A stretch of 64,000 nt of DNA from Octopus vulgaris (Eukaryota). The stretch spans positions 51,522,001-51,586,000 of the forward strand of contig OX597816.1 in NCBI GenBank assembly GCA_951406725.2. The letters are read 5' to 3'. Below the pieces are notes generated by a model. It saw only the letters and a program-made list of their open reading frames with translations, searched no databases and was not told the DNA's origin. Of this stretch, positions 38,084-54,240 are shown in pieces. The translations under genes and the position numbers were made by a program. Numbering within the stretch: position 1 is the stretch's first letter; every line of letters begins with the position of its first letter.

Positions 38084-38691
38084 ATTTAATGTAGGATAAA
38101 ATTTTTCGAAAAAAAATTTATCAATGGCCAGCATATTAAAAACTACCTTTAAAGGTTAGAATTATAAACAACTTATAAATAGGAGCATACGAAAAAATTT
38201 CTAATGCCAAATATGCCGAAATTGGACATATTGTCCATAACCATTAAAATTTTTCACAAAACACATGCTATTCGAAAAAAAAGGTCGACAGAAATTTCTA
38301 AATTTCTTGAGGTTCCCGTTCGTCAGGCAGCTGTGATCCTGGATCAAAACTGCTCGACGTACAGTCACGTGAAACTCTGAGTACCAGATTTTTGTGATGT
38401 TTTTGCTAAATTTAATTATAAAGTTCATGTGTATATCCATTAACAGATTATAATGTGAAAATGGAACGCTATCAGAGAATGGGCTGGTGAAGGATGACAC
38501 GGAGGATTTCGGAAAGTGCTAGATGTTAAAATCTACAAAGCAGATGGTCGTAATGAGATCAAATATTGGAAATCTTATTTGTAAAGATTTCCAATATTTG
38601 ATTTTCTTAAGACTTGAACTAATTACGATTATTGAACCTGGTGGCACATTGTGAATTTAGTGAGGCAATTCATTGAACGTGTCTCCAATCT

Positions 38692-39075
38692 GGTTGGCAC
38701 TCCGTCGGTTACGACGAAGAGGGTTCCAGTGGATCCGATCAACGGAACAGTCTGCTCGTGAAATTAACGTGCAAGTGGCTGAGCACTCCACAGACACGTG
38801 TACCCTTAACGTAGTTCTCGGGGAGGATTCAGCATGACATAGTCTGTGTCAATTCTGGCCCTTTGAAATATAGGTACAAGAGAAACGGGAAGAGAGAGTG
38901 AGAGAAAGTTGTGGTGAAAGAGTACAGCGGGGTTCGCCACCACTCCCTGTCAGAGCCTCGTGGAGCTTTTGGTGTTTTCGCTCAATAAACACTCGCAACG
39001 CCCGGTCTGGGAATCGAAACCGCGATCCTACGACTGTGAGTCCGCTGCCCTAACCACTGTGCAATTGCACCTCTA
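38692..39075 (-). mobile_element. SINE family C with 9-bp TSD
   Basis: Homologous to 53858-54240; ctccaatct at 38683-38691 and 39079-39087. Confidence 0.88.
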
Positions 39076-39149
39076 CACCTCCAATCTACTCAAATGTAAA
39101 TGCAGTGTACTGATGCAGTCCTCTCTTTTCGGCCATCACGTTCCCTGTG

Positions 39150-39800
39150 TTCTGCTGGAAATTCAAGAGTGAGAATATATCCATGTTCGAGACTACATAA
39201 TTAACAAAAAACTATTCATTGGTAGATAAAATCTTCTTCTATACAAAAATACTACTCGAAAATCTCTAGTACAACCGATGCATCTGGGCCATCGTTAAGC
39301 CCAATTCTTGAATCCACTTAAATATCTTCATCAACTTTCATCACTCGATTTTCATTCACTTTCATCAATTCTGGGCTGTTCAATCAATGTCCGACCACTG
39401 ACCAGCTCAGTTTGCAGATAGGCTGACATCTCGCCAAAGATGTGTTCGGTCACGCATTGCTATGGTGAATGTGGATTGCTTACATATTCTTTTGTTTCTT
39501 CAACCTAAATTCTTCTCCAAGCTTCATGAGTAACCCGACGCACCGTTCACTTTTCTTTTATGGTCATGTTCCAGAATATCAAACAAAATGAAGCCGTTGA
39601 CATCGCAAAAAACAAATAGCACTACATTTATGTACTGATTGTTGGCTCTTGCACTTTGCCTATTTAAAATTTCGCAAAGGGTGCTTGTTCATGTAACATC
39701 AGAGCATGTGCATACACCGGAGGATATATATGCACACCTAGATGGAAGGATTATTTTGATTTCTCTAATCCTTAGCCTCAGTTTCATCTTCCGCATTTTG
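39150..39800 (-). pseudogene. Possible decayed mariner transposase
   Basis: Minus-strand remnants resembling ..VF.D..G and the terminal FY..I..L...W segment; many disruptions. Confidence 0.3.
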
Positions 39801-42135
39801 ACCCATAAATAGTTCGCGTAATGTGTTATATCACTCTGGCCCCAGGCCGAACCCGAGAGTTGTGGCGACTGAAGAGTAAATTCATACTACCCCTAATAAC
39901 CAAAATATACGCCCGAGGGTAAAATCTACATGAAAACTTTCAACATAATTTTGTTTCGATGAATTTATGAGACTGTTTTCAACACTTGGCTTGAAAACTA
40001 TATCCATATCCCATCGGCATTAACTGTATTGATCACACACTTCGATCCATTGATCTTGCTGCATTTATCTCCCTTGTTATATTTAAAATTTAAACAAGCA
40101 GTACTGATCGTTTCTGTTCGCAGATTACTTGAATGTCTTCTAGTTATAACTTGATTTTTTTACTATTTTACAATCCTATTTCTGTTAAATTAAACTAAAG
40201 GAATATATTAAAATGTATTTTTCATTTAAGCAGTGTTTTGGGCACTAGCGATCATAAGATTTTGATGGAAGATGATCTTGAGAGAGCTGATATCAAGAGG
40301 TTTTGGAGTGTGCTCTATTTATTCACTGTGAGCTGTCTTATACTAATCTTTCAGCAGATGAATTCCTAACTTCGTTTCGATTGAAATGTAATATCTTATT
40401 CTAAAATTCACTTTTTAATAGGATGTACGTAATCGGTAAAGTTAACCTTGTTCCAGCCATTGTTATAGATGGATGGCTATGTACATCGGCGTATAATTGA
40501 AGATGTGTATAAATTTGAAGTATAGCAAACTTTATCTATTTCACATGTTGCTCATGTAGTTGGCAAAAAGGAGGTGATTAATTGCTCACAAAAATATATA
40601 CTTATAGAAATGAATTTCTATAGACATCTCCCAATTCTTATCTGTTAAACCAGTGTATTGCTTTATGATCCATATTGCAATAAAGACGGACAGATTTCCA
40701 CATGAGTAGTAAACATTTTCTCTTATATATTCATATATATTCATATATACTCTGGTCAAATTTACAAACCTGACCTTACCTGCACCCGCGCACTTTACTA
40801 TCCAGTGGTCTCTACGTAAAATTATGTATCCAGAGAAATCAGAGCTAAGTGCTTCACTCTTAGAAATTGTTCAGACGTGATGAATGAAATTCTGACCGTC
40901 TGTATACTTAGAAAGAAAAGATGCGTATTTGAAAAGCACATCTTTGTATATCAACACACTTGCGTGCATAAATACACATACAATCATACATACATACATA
41001 CAGACAGACAGACAGGCACACAACACACACGTCCATGTGTATGTGTGTGCACGCCTGTATGTGTATGTGTGTAATCTCCATCAGAAGAAATTTGCAATTG
41101 TCATTGTGTACTTACTTTAGAATGTAATTTTGATGAGAAAATATCTCAACTACGCTGTTTACCACAAAGCGCTAACGACATTAAATGGTTTTCATGGTGA
41201 AGTATCCGACCTCCCTTTCAAATCTTTAGTACAATGATCAATACCACTTCATTATCTATACACATGTAGATGGTCATTGAGAGTTAAGTGCATTCACTAC
41301 AGACAGAACGTAGCATAGATATGAATACGAAAAGTCAATATACGTTTTCTTGTTGTTACTATATACGGTTAACGTTTTAGTACATCTTCCAATTTAAATT
41401 TAGCAGTTCAGATGGGTTTCATACTACATAAAAGTTATGCAAATTTATTATGATTTTCTATATAGGTTAAGTTTTATCAGCTATAGTGGATGGTGCTTAT
41501 TCTAGATCTAATATGTATTATCTGTCAATCAGTATATCTAATATCTTCTCACTTCCTATCTCTCTTTACATATATAGTGGGGGAAGGTACATGCGGAATT
41601 GGGTTCAAAAGGTAGAAAAATGCACTTACTGCACGTAGTAGAATTTATTAATTTGGCGTAGTTCGAAATTTCATTTTGATCTTGTATTTGTATGTGTTTC
41701 GTTTTTAGGCTTTGATACTGTTATCTTTATTATATCTTTTCGCCTTTAATGTAATAGATTCTAGCTTTATTTTCTTGTTATACTATATTTAAAGAAATTT
41801 TCATGATCTATTATAGATTAAACAATTTCTCTTGGCTTTTCCAAATATTTTTTTGTGGACCTATAAAACCTATTTTTAGTAGTTGTCTATTTCTATAATT
41901 CTCGTCCTCACTGTGTGTGCCGTAGATATATATTATCTACATCAGCATTGGATAGATGGTTCCAGTCATAGTTTCATAGTTATTGTATCAAATTACATTT
42001 CTAGTGTTCGGTTCAATATTTCATATTAAACTCACTCTAACTTCAAATTCCAGTGTCGATTAAACGAGTATCAGCTGAATAGTAGAGAGGAGTTAATCGA
42101 TTTTACTTATCCTGCGTTTGGTGGTATATGACTAT

Positions 42136-42368
42136 AAGGTGGCGAGCTAGCAGAATCGTTAGCACGTCGGGCGAAATGCTCAGCGGTATTTCGGCTGCCG
42201 TTACGTTGTGAGTTCAAATTCCGCCGAGGTCGACTTTGCCTTTCATCCTTTCGGGGTCGATAAATTAAGTACCAGTTAAGCACTGGGGTCGATATAATCG
42301 ACTTAATACCTATGTCTGTCCATTTTTGTCCCCTCTATGTTCAGCCCCTTGTGGGTAATAAAGAAATA
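42136..42368 (+). mobile_element. SINE family A with 13-bp TSD
   Basis: ggtatatgactat at 42123-42135 and 42369-42381. Confidence 0.92.
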
Positions 42369-43399
42369 GGTATATGACTATGTAAAACTTCAATATTGAT
42401 CTGACCCATCTATAGTACCTTTTTCTTATGTTCTACTCATTTCCATGAGTTTTATACTCGTTTCTAATTCTCTTCGTATTCCTGTGTATTTTCACCAATC
42501 AGTTCCTAACTTCTTGTATGGATGCTTCACATGCTAATTCTATTATAGTAGTATCTTGATTCAGTTTAATATTCAGTGTTAGTAGCTTTCTGTCTTCTAC
42601 TAGCTTGGAAGCCGTTGTCTAACGAGACACATTACTTTATATAAGCCCAATTTAGGGTCAATTTTTAACACAGTTTTAGTTGAATACTGCCTCATGTAAA
42701 TATTTTAATGTCATTCCTTCAAAAAACCTTGTTATTCTATCTTCGAATTTCTAGTTATTCAAACTAGTTATTATCTAAGCGTGTGGTATACAGTTTATCC
42801 TTTGTTGTGGTAATCACTCCTTACCATTTTTAATTGTGTTTTCATCATCGTTGCTACCATTATCAGTAGCTCTTCTTGAAATTGAAACGTATTAGTCGGG
42901 TACCGTTTCTGTGTCTCTTAGTAAGATGATATCGTTATCATAATACCTAAGCGAATATGAGGTTTTTCTATATTGTTGTTTATATTGTTTTCTATATTGT
43001 TGTCCTTTATGTTCAGAATCTGCAGTTTTCTTTCTCCCCCCACTCTCTCCCTCTATGCCATATCTTGCGAAAAACACTGAGTGAAGCTTTTCTCGTTCAA
43101 AGTTTGATTCTTCTGTTTCTCACTTTCCTGTTGTCTGTATTTGGTCAACTTTTCTATAAACTGCTTCTTCCTTTTCTTCTGTACAGAAACATAGACTTGT
43201 CTTCTATAGTTTTCTTTCTTCGATACTCACTAAACCCTCTTCTTCGTTTGTTTCTTTGTTTTCCATTTAATTCAGTATATCGGGTCCACATCTGTTGAAT
43301 TCTTGCAGTTTGAACTGCTTTCTTACATCCCATGTCCTTCAGCATATATTTTCTACCTTTGATAATTCCTGTTCCATATATTCTTAGTGATGCTGCCCT

Positions 43400-43678
43400 C
43401 AAGTGAATTGCTTGTATGATATGCATCTGAATTCGATTTGAACATTAAAAGCTGCATTTCACGAAAATTTTCTTTACTGAGGGGTTCCTTCATTTCTATA
43501 TTTAATTATGCTTCTTCTGCATTGCATAGAGATCTATTCCAGTACTTTTTATCGATTTATTTACATCATCTCTGTCATAGCATATTTCTCGATATTAAGT
43601 ATCGCTAGAATGTCGCCACTAAATAGTCTACACTATTGAGCCCACTCAGTTCTTACTTTTGACATCAAGCTGTAAATC

Positions 43679-43714
<36 letters not shown>

Positions 43715-43907
43715 GGAGAGAGAGAGAGAGAGAGGTGTGGGAGTGGCTGTGTGGTAAGTAGCTTGCTTAAAACCACATGGTTCCGGGTACAGTCCCACTG
43801 CGTGACACCTTGGGCAAGTGTCTTCTACTATAGCGTCAGACCACCCAAAGCGTTATGAGTGGATTTGGTAGACGGAAACTGAAAGAATCTCGTCGTATAT
43901 ATATATA

Positions 43908-43949
<42 letters not shown>

Positions 43950-44165
43950 TGTGTCTGTGTCTGTGTTTGTCCCCCCAACACGGCTTGACAACCGAATCTG
44001 GTATGTTTATGTCCCCGTAACGTAGCGGTTCGGCAAAAGAGATCGATAGAATAAGTACTAGGCTTACAAAGAATAAGTCCTGGGATCGATTTGCTCGAAT
44101 AAAGGCGGTGCTCTAGCATGGCCACAGTCAAATGACTGAAACAAGTAAAAGTGTAAAAGAGTAAA

Positions 44166-44227
<62 letters not shown>

Positions 44228-45300
44228 TATGTATGTATGTATGTATGTATGTATGTATGTATGTATGTATGTATGTATGTATGTATGTATGTATGGAACA
44301 CGTTTCACCTATTTGTTCTAAGTGAGTATCTTTAATTGTGAACAGTATCATGAGCAAAGGGATGAATACAATAGCATACAAGATAGATGACCTTGTCACT
44401 TGAAAGTTTCCTTTTCAGCCTTGAATATGAGTTAATAATTCCTCTTCTTAGATCCACTTTCTAATGTCACATTACATTTTCAAACAGGCACCAATAATTT
44501 TTCGAGATCTTGATCGTATTTAACACCAACGCATTCGATATTGTGTCTCTAGTTGTGTGTCCATTCTCTATAATCGATCGACACTATACATAAATTAGCG
44601 AATCTCTTTCAAAAATATTTGAATACCATCTTTTCAACCATTAACGGGTATTCACTTCCAGTTTCCCTGTTCTGTTTTCGACAGCCTTTTTGTTCACCAG
44701 GTATAAAGTGTTTCTCATATTTTTGTGGTTCACCTCTTCTCTAAATTTTCGTTAGTATATTCCATTTGATTTCTTGGTAATTTGAGGCAGAGTTCCCTTT
44801 TAATTCGTCTTTTAGTATTAGGCAGTTTTTTCCTTTTGTTAACTATAGTGACACAACTCCCTTTTATTAGCACACTTTATTTCTATCACTATGGAGACTT
44901 GCAAACGCTCTTAACCAGTAACCACGAACAAGGAGCAGTCCTGTTACTTTTCATTTTCTTTTCTGTTTTTAAAAACTGCTTTCAAATATTTGCTTTCTTA
45001 TGGTCCTAACCATTTTCAGAGTATTTGTTCGCTTGCTTTATGCATTGTTACCATTTCTCTCATTTCCTGCAAGAATATCTAGGAGGCGTTTTGGGTTTGC
45101 ATGGAAAAAGGCGATTGTGCTTATTTTATTGGTTTCTTTCCTCGGCTTTTCTTATTTTGGCAGCTTTCTGTTTTCCTCTCTCCTTTCGCTCTTTGATCGT
45201 TGTGCTAATTCCGTTTTTCCTTACGTGATACATTTCATCTAATCTGCCTTTCTCTTTACTCTTTAATTTGCCTTCCTTCTACTGATTTGATTCTACTACA
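43400..45300 (-). pseudogene. Old R4/Dong-like LINE reverse-transcriptase relic, interrupted by a SINE
   Basis: Minus-strand remnants in RT order: ASNYQEI (NYRPI-like), GEQKGCRK, SIDY, PLLMILF, then FS.DI left of the SINE. Confidence 0.5.
43733..44167 (+). mobile_element. SINE family B, full length
   Basis: Head, internal TA/TG repeat and tail. Confidence 0.9.
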
Positions 45301-45335
45301 ACTTTACTAATGCCGTTTCATCTTCATTAGAACCT

Positions 45336-45551
45336 ATTTCTTTACTGCCCACAAGGGGCTAAACACAGAGAGGACAAATGTATTAAGTCGATTACATCGA
45401 CCCCAGTGCCTAACTGGTACTTATTTAATCGACCCCGAAAGGATGAAAGGCAAAGTCGACCTCGGCAGAATTTGAACTCAGAACGTAAAGACAGACGAAA
45501 TACCGCAAAGCATTTCGGCCCGGAGTGCTAACATTTCTGCCTGCTCGCCGC
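45336..45551 (-). mobile_element. SINE family A with 14-bp TSD
   Basis: cttcattagaacct at 45322-45335 and 45552-45565. Confidence 0.92.
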
Positions 45552-45623
45552 CTTCATTAGAACCTGCCTGTTCTACCAGGCCAACTGCCGCCCCTTTTTT
45601 GCCAACAATCCAAGAACTAAATA

Positions 45624-45736
<113 letters not shown>

Positions 45737-45774
45737 TTTTTATTATAATTATTATTATTATGATTATGATTATT

Positions 45775-46602
<828 letters not shown>

Positions 46603-47699
46603 GCTGCAGACAATGTAGACTATGTTTACAATACGCACCCAAAGGAGACGATTTTACTAGATCAAATAAAATTTTAAACAAAAATACGTGCATACAGAGA
46701 ACTTCCTAAAGTTTTACGTCTCACCTTACACGGTTTGATGAAATAGAGCAATGCTTGGGCTTCATTTTGGGGAATGTTTATTTTCTTTCATATTTCTTTA
46801 AGTTTTTAAAAATATGTCTCCAATCATTTTGCAAATTGCCCACAAAAGAAAGTGAAAATAAATAAAAGAACATCATTTGCTCATTGAGAACAAACAAGTG
46901 AAAAGAATATTATTATAATTGCAACATCATATATTAATATCCAACACGAACAAAAGCACAGCATTTATATGTTAAAATATTAAAGTCAAATTTGAACATA
47001 TTGAGAGGAAGTATTGGCAACAACAACAGAAGAAGTGCGCATATTACGTTTAAGATAATATGAATAAAGAAACGCTATACCTACTAAACTTTCTTACAGT
47101 CAGAAACAATAATCTTGATATGGAATATTTTGCTGAAGGAACGAAAGCCTGAGTAATTTTGTAGACAGGACAGACGCCAGCCTACCATAAGCCAAATCAG
47201 ATATGTAAAAGAAGAGATAATAATCCACCAAGGCCATGGGTGTCTATTTTGAGCGACTGTGAGAATAATTGGAAATGGCTCTGTCAGATATTTTAAATGA
47301 AATATCCTTTACAGGGAAATAAAACAGATGTGGTAGTATAGGCATTATCACCTAAACAGAGGACAAGGTGACAGAGTGAATCAACGTACTACACGATACA
47401 CGTGTTCAAAAGCTGGTTTCGCAATATTTGGGTAAAGTGAAACACCACGGGTCAACTCAACTGCATTGGTGTCGTTGTTGGTTAAAGTCTAGTTGTCACA
47501 ATAGGAGCTGGAGTTCAGGACTAATACAAATTTTATGATATAGCGTGCAGCGAAGCAGCGAAACAGCCAGATGTTTTGTAGGTGTTGAAAAGAAGCAGTT
47601 GCAACTCAGCATCCAAAGTAAATGATTTGTTTGCTACAAATGTTGCAGCAAGAACATAGAGCTTGCCCCGTCTTCTGGAGGCAACTGGCGATGACGAGT

Positions 47700-48370
47700 A
47701 GAATGACAAACAACAACCATAACAACTCCACTCCATACGTCTTGCTAAATAGTCATGAAATGGGTGCGTCTTTCATAAAAGCGAACACCAAGATGTCATT
47801 GTAACTAGCAGTGATAAACAGTTTCCAATACATCACAAATATAGAAAACTCTTTAATAGACATAACCTAAAAATTAGTTTTAGTTCCAGCCCAAACTTTA
47901 AAAGCATAATTACACACAATGCAACACAATGACACAAAGCCGGCTGTTTCTGCAGGGATAAAGACTTGTACCCGCTATATGGAGCTTGTATGAGGACATT
48001 ATCTATGAAGCCACCGTAAATTCTACGGACGCTAGTGATAAAGTTTCATCCAAGATATATGTGGGTCACAGAGGGGAAATTTCAAAGCAAGATTCAATAT
48101 TATACCTTACATTTCAGACATTGAAATAAACGAAAAACTACCAAATTATCCAGTTGTTTATGATTCTTAAAAGAATAAGGTGTCAAATACAGGATTTACT
48201 GGAACATCTTAGCCAAGTGTAAACATTACACCAACGGTAGTGGCAAGTGCGGTCTTCGTAATATGGAAAAATGGCTCATCTGGAAAAGTTCCTTGGACCC
48301 AGCTACATGTCTAAATTCAAGAACTGAACTGTTTGTTTGATTTACACCTGTCACAAACTACCTGTTACAC
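47700..48370 (+). pseudogene. Decayed PLE linker plus GIY-YIG endonuclease
   Basis: KYRKLFNRHNLKISFSSSPN...CFCR...PLYGAC...IIYEATV...IYVG...WNILAKC...KC.L..MEK...CLNSRTEL; frameshifted. Confidence 0.8.
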
Positions 48371-48557
48371 TTTTGGGTCCACCCAAACCACGGCTAGAAT
48401 TCACCTTTTTAGTATGTTCCTGCAAAAGCTATCCCATATGTTTTAATTTCCATGACTTATTTAAATTTTTTATATATATTTTTTCATGCTTTTTTCCATT
48501 TTTCTTTTTGATTGTGTGAATGTGTACGTGTGCGTGTGCATGTATATGTATATATTT

Positions 48558-48604
<47 letters not shown>

Positions 48605-49323
48605 TCAGGTGTGTATATATGTGTATGTGTATATGTATATATATATATATATGTGTGTATATATATATATATATGTGTGTATGTATGTATGTATCTACGT
48701 ATATATGTGTATGCGGGAGTGGGAATGTATGCATGTATGCCTATATATATATATATATATACGTATAGTTATACGTATAAATGTCTAAATGTATTTGTAT
48801 GATGTTATGTGTATGCATGTAAACATGTGTATATAAGGATGAGGTTACGTGCACACACACACATATATATATATACATGCGTGCATGTGTGTGTGTGGAT
48901 ATGTGTGTATGTATGAACAAATGCATGCACACACCATATATATACATGCGTGCGTGTGTGTGTGTGTGGATATGTGTGTATGTATGAGCAGATGCATACA
49001 CATATATGTTTGTGTGTGTGTATGTGCATGTACGTATGCGTGTTTGTGTGAGTGTGTACATAAGTAGACGTTGTGAACGCAGGGGGCTATTTCTATGTAT
49101 TGTGAGAATATGGTTGCGTGTATTTTTTATATTTTTTCCTTTTTCTTCTGTTTCTTTTTCTACCTGTTATAGCATCTTCCCTTTTATTCAACAGTCTTTT
49201 ATAGCGTCTTTTGCCATCAGTAATCGACGAAAATGTATCGCAGCCCTTCACACCGGCATTCGAAACTCCGAGTACTATAATGACAATCTTTTACTATTTG
49301 TCCTAGCTTATAACATATATCTA

Positions 49324-49370
<47 letters not shown>

Positions 49371-49486
49371 TTTAAAGACAGAGCTCCAGCAAGGCCACAG
49401 TCAATTGACTGAAACAAGTAAAAGAATAATAGAATACATATGTATGTGTGTGTGTATGTTTATATATGTATGTATGTGTTTGTGTG

Positions 49487-49522
<36 letters not shown>

Positions 49523-49549
49523 ATATATGTATATATATATCATATTATA

Positions 49550-49616
<67 letters not shown>

Positions 49617-50078
49617 GCATATGTATACATATTTGTGTGTATGTTGGAGTGTATTGTATATAGATATATATTTACAGTGAAATGTTTACTGTGAGGAATA
49701 ACTACATATGACGAAATGAAAAATTCTTTTCTTACTATTCTGAGACGTCTAAGCAAGTAATAATATATCATTAACACAGCCTAAAGCAACTGAAACGCAT
49801 TTCAAAATGAGGGAAACATAATACAGCATACATCGATTCATTGAATGTATGGATTCACTGAATTCCTTATGAATGAAGCTTAGGACAATGAAAAGCACCA
49901 CTAATTGCTTTAAGCAGACTCTGTTACCACAAATTGAAACAGAAACACATGGAAACTCTCGCATACAAGCAACACTCGTTCTGAAATATGTGAAAAAATC
50001 TCTGGTGATTTCACAGTATATTGATTCGATCGTACACACGCATACACATATATGCACATATGTATGCATGTATGTGTG

Positions 50079-50163
<85 letters not shown>

Positions 50164-50203
50164 ATGTGTGAGTGTGTGTGTATGCATGTATATATATATA
50201 TAT

Positions 50204-50256
<53 letters not shown>

Positions 50257-52999
50257 TATATCTGTGTATCCTCGTATAGGCGCTCACAAACATACACTTA
50301 AATCAATGCATACTTATATATGTTTGTGTTTGCTTATGAGTGTGTGATCAAGGAGAAAGCTGTTCGCAATTGTGTACGTTTGTCTGAGTTATGCGTCTAT
50401 TCAAACTTATGTAAAACGCTATAAATAAATGAAATATTTTTTCTCAACGTTTGTTAATATACTTTTAACCACTTGGTTTCTACTTTAATATAACTTTAGG
50501 GTATGGACTTACAGTAGTTATTCTCTACCACACGGCTTCGCTTATATCAAAGTATAGACATGTCTCTAAGGTTATTCCTTGGCCTCACAAAATAAAATTC
50601 TGAATCAATAAACACGAAATATGTTTCAGTCTTTCATACTGACATCAGAACTATAGTTGTTGTTGGTTGCATTTAGCTAGAGTTCAGCCGCGACTGAATT
50701 TACCTACATGATATTGTTTGACTCGAGTACAGTCATGAGCATACTATTTAACTCAAGTTCAAGTATTCTTATGCTTAAAATTGTTTCAACTGCCTCAATG
50801 CAGACATTGTTGTTGACTCAGCATATTTAGGAATGTATAACGCAGTATTTTCTTTGTTCTTAAAGGCAATTGGTTGTAATTTAATAGAGATTTGATTATA
50901 TTTACGAGGTAGGGTTATTGTGATGAAATGCATCTCTAGTAGATTCGATATTTCTTAGTTCCGGCTTAGTCATGATCGACCGTGCCTACAAATGTACGTC
51001 AATGGTGAGTGTTGTATATTTTTATATACTCTCGATGATATTTATGCCAAATGTTTTCTATCGTTTTCTATATAGTTTTAACAGAGTGGGAAATGATTTT
51101 GGCACGGTTTTTCTGCGTTTATTTTCTAGTAAATATATCTATCAGGGAAAAGACACCATCTTGATCACCGAATGACTGGCTGCGTTATCGGTTACATCTG
51201 CAGAGAGACGGAGAAAATGGTCTGGTAATGTTTCTTTGCGAATCATTACTGCTTGAGAACAAAAATCTCGTCCCATGTCTAAATTAGGTTTCGATACATT
51301 AAGTACTAATATTATAGTGCAGGTCCATACATTTAAATAAAACCCTGCACCGGAAAGAACGTAGCCCATATTAATGTAGATTTGCAATTACTGGGAAAAA
51401 CACATATCGGGACGCTCTTCCCCCTAATCTTCCCCCCTAATCACCAATCACATATGTAAATATCGTATTAACATTTTTTTAAACAATTCATTTTTGTGTG
51501 TGTATACAGTTCTCACTGAGAAAACGTCCAGAAAATGGAAGCTCTTCTTCATTTATACAGCAAATTATTTGAAGCGTAGTAAACAAAGGTAAGCTATTTA
51601 GTTAGAACGTTTATTTTCTCAGTACAACCTGTCCGAAGTGATTTTTACATTTTATCCATTCAGGATTGAAGAGAAAATTTCCAATAGAATGTTGGTGTCA
51701 TGGTACTCATCTCTAACCATCCACAAAATTTGAGTTCTGTCGTCTATCGTAGAAACAGATATTAACGTCTGTCGCATTAGGAAAAATATTAATATTTATA
51801 AGCAAGTAATGTGCATAGCCACTTTAAAATCGCTGTTCCGTTCAAACAGACTTTACAACGATTTTTTAACACCAAGAGGACATCTTCCCTAGATGGTGAA
51901 GTTGAACACCTGCATCCGATACACTGACAGCAGGGAAGCGAACTCCTACCATATTCTAGCGATGGGACCAGCAGATCAGTTTGGTTTCGGGTTATTTCTG
52001 CCCCTCTTCAGTACTAGACACTTGGTCTGCTAGAGATGGCAGTAGCTCACTTTACATTTTATTCATATACTTTTAAACATTTTGGCTTGACTCTCTCTGC
52101 CCACTCTCTTTCTCTCTCTCCCTCCCTCTCTCGCTCCTTCTCTTTCCCTCCTCCCCTCTCTTTCTCTCTCTCCCTCTCAGCATACACACACACATATATA
52201 TATTAAACATTTTATATACTTCGTTACCTACATGTTTCTATGTGTGAACTTATATATACATACAGAAATTATTTTTGCATGAAGAAAGTGGATAGAGAGA
52301 GGTTTTATGAAGGAAAATGAAAGAACAGAAAGAGAAAGATAAGGATAGAATGAAAAATGCGAACACATAATTATATAATTATATATATAGATAGATTGAA
52401 TATGTATAAGTGTGTTTGTACTTGTTGGTGTGCGTATATGTGTGAAGATATCTATTTAATGTACAAATAAATTCATGTATAATCATATACATACACATAG
52501 GAGCACATGTATGTTCACGCTCTCATACGCATGGCCATAAAGACGTACATTAAAACTGAAACATTTCAGACTTCTGATAATATGAATCAAAATGATCCAA
52601 TTACTGGCGCTATATTAAACACATTTTTCAGAACTCTTCTTTACGAAATACTGTATGGATTTCTTTGTTATTTTGTAAGCAAATGACTGATTTGCTATCT
52701 GTAATTCAACATCTTGCCAAGCGAATATATCTTTATGGGTACTGGAATTATCTAAAATCGTGCAACACCACTAACATAGTGATTTCGAAATCAGGCATGA
52801 AACCTTAGAATTCCTGTGAAAAGAAAATTTGCCATTGTGGATCTTATTCTTGGTTAAATTTGTTGCTATGCAATTAAGCACCAAAATATTTACGTCCTCA
52901 TCTAATGAACAAAAAGATTGCCTTTCCTTCACTGACTAGTGTCCTAAGTGATTCATTAGATTTATTATTTGTATTATAGACAGATATATATTCTTTTCT

Positions 53000-53332
53000 A
53001 ACCTAGGCACAGAGCCCGAAATTTTGGAGGAAGGAGGCCAGTCAATTAGATTGACCCCAGTACGCATCTGGTACTCAATTTTTAGAACCCGAAAGGATAA
53101 AAGGCGAAGTCGACCACGAAATACCTATTTCTTTACTACCCACAAGGAGCTAAACACAGAGGAGACAAACAAGGACAGACAAACGGATTAAGCCGATTAT
53201 ATTGACCCCAGTGTGTAACTGGTACTTATTTAATCGACCCCGAAAGGATGAAAAGCAAAGTCGACCTCGGTGGGAAATACCTCTAAGCTTTTCGGCCCGG
53301 CGTGCTAACGTTTCTGCCAGCTTGCTGCCTTA
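53000..53332 (-). mobile_element. Two nested/tandem SINE family A pieces
   Basis: The family core appears twice (about 53050-53120 and 53125-53332). Confidence 0.8.
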
Positions 53333-53857
53333 AAAAATTAATATATTATATTAAATTCTATTTAATTCCATCTAAAATTGTTACGTCATCTATAGTTTCT
53401 TAAATATACGTTCAACACTTATGTAAACATAAACGGAGCCTACATATTATCAGATATCATATATAACATATTTATATGATAAATGAGGACACGTCAGCTG
53501 TTATTACTTTAAGATGATACGTTATATCTTAAGTTTAGTTTACTAGGTTCCTATAGGAATTTTAACTAAATATTTCAGAGAAGTATGTTTAATCAAAATT
53601 ACAGTAAAATAGACAAGCATTGCCGCTTATATTGCTGAGAATTCTGAAGATAAAAGCTAAAAGGAAGAAAATTGTACTAACGACGATGTGATATTGATAA
53701 CATTAAAGATAAAATATGCAGAAAATGATTGAAGACAAATTCCATATGTAAATAATACTATTACAATTAAGGGCGAACTCTAATGAATAAAGATTGAAAT
53801 TAATTGGAAACAAATATCAAAATTTATCAAAATATCAAAATTCTAAATAAACGGATA

Positions 53858-54240
53858 TGGAAGCACTCCGTCGGTTACGACGACCAGGGTTCCGGTTGAT
53901 CCGAATCAACGGAACAGCCTGCTCGTGAAATTAACGTGTAAGTGGCTGAGCACTCCACAGACACGTGTACCCTTAATGTAGTTCTCGGGGATATTCAGCG
54001 TGACGCAGAGAGTGACAAGGCCGGCCCTTTGAAATACAGGTACAACAGAAACAGGAAGGAAGAGTGAGAGAAAGTTGTGGTGAAAGAGTACAGCAGGGAT
54101 CACCACCATCCCCTGCCGGAGCCTCGTGGAGCTTTAGGTGTTTTCGCTCAATAAACACTCATAACGCCCGGTCTGGGAATCGAAACCGCGATCTTATGAC
54201 CACGAGTCCGGTGCCCTAACCACTGGGCCATTGCGCCTCC
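53858..54240 (-). mobile_element. SINE family C, full length, 12-bp TSD
   Basis: Head ggaggcgcaatggcccagtggttaggg (A box) and ggtttcgattccc (B box); tctaaataaacg at 53842-53853 and 54241-54252. Confidence 0.92.

Noticed and set aside
49215-49280. CGACGA...cattc-GAAA-ctccgag-TA hammerhead-like motif
   Set aside because: Core incomplete, stem I unsupported, single copy in the window.
54165-54240. tRNA genes at SINE heads (also near 8340-8413)
   Set aside because: A/B boxes continue into shared SINE bodies, some with TSDs; no clean cloverleaf with terminator.
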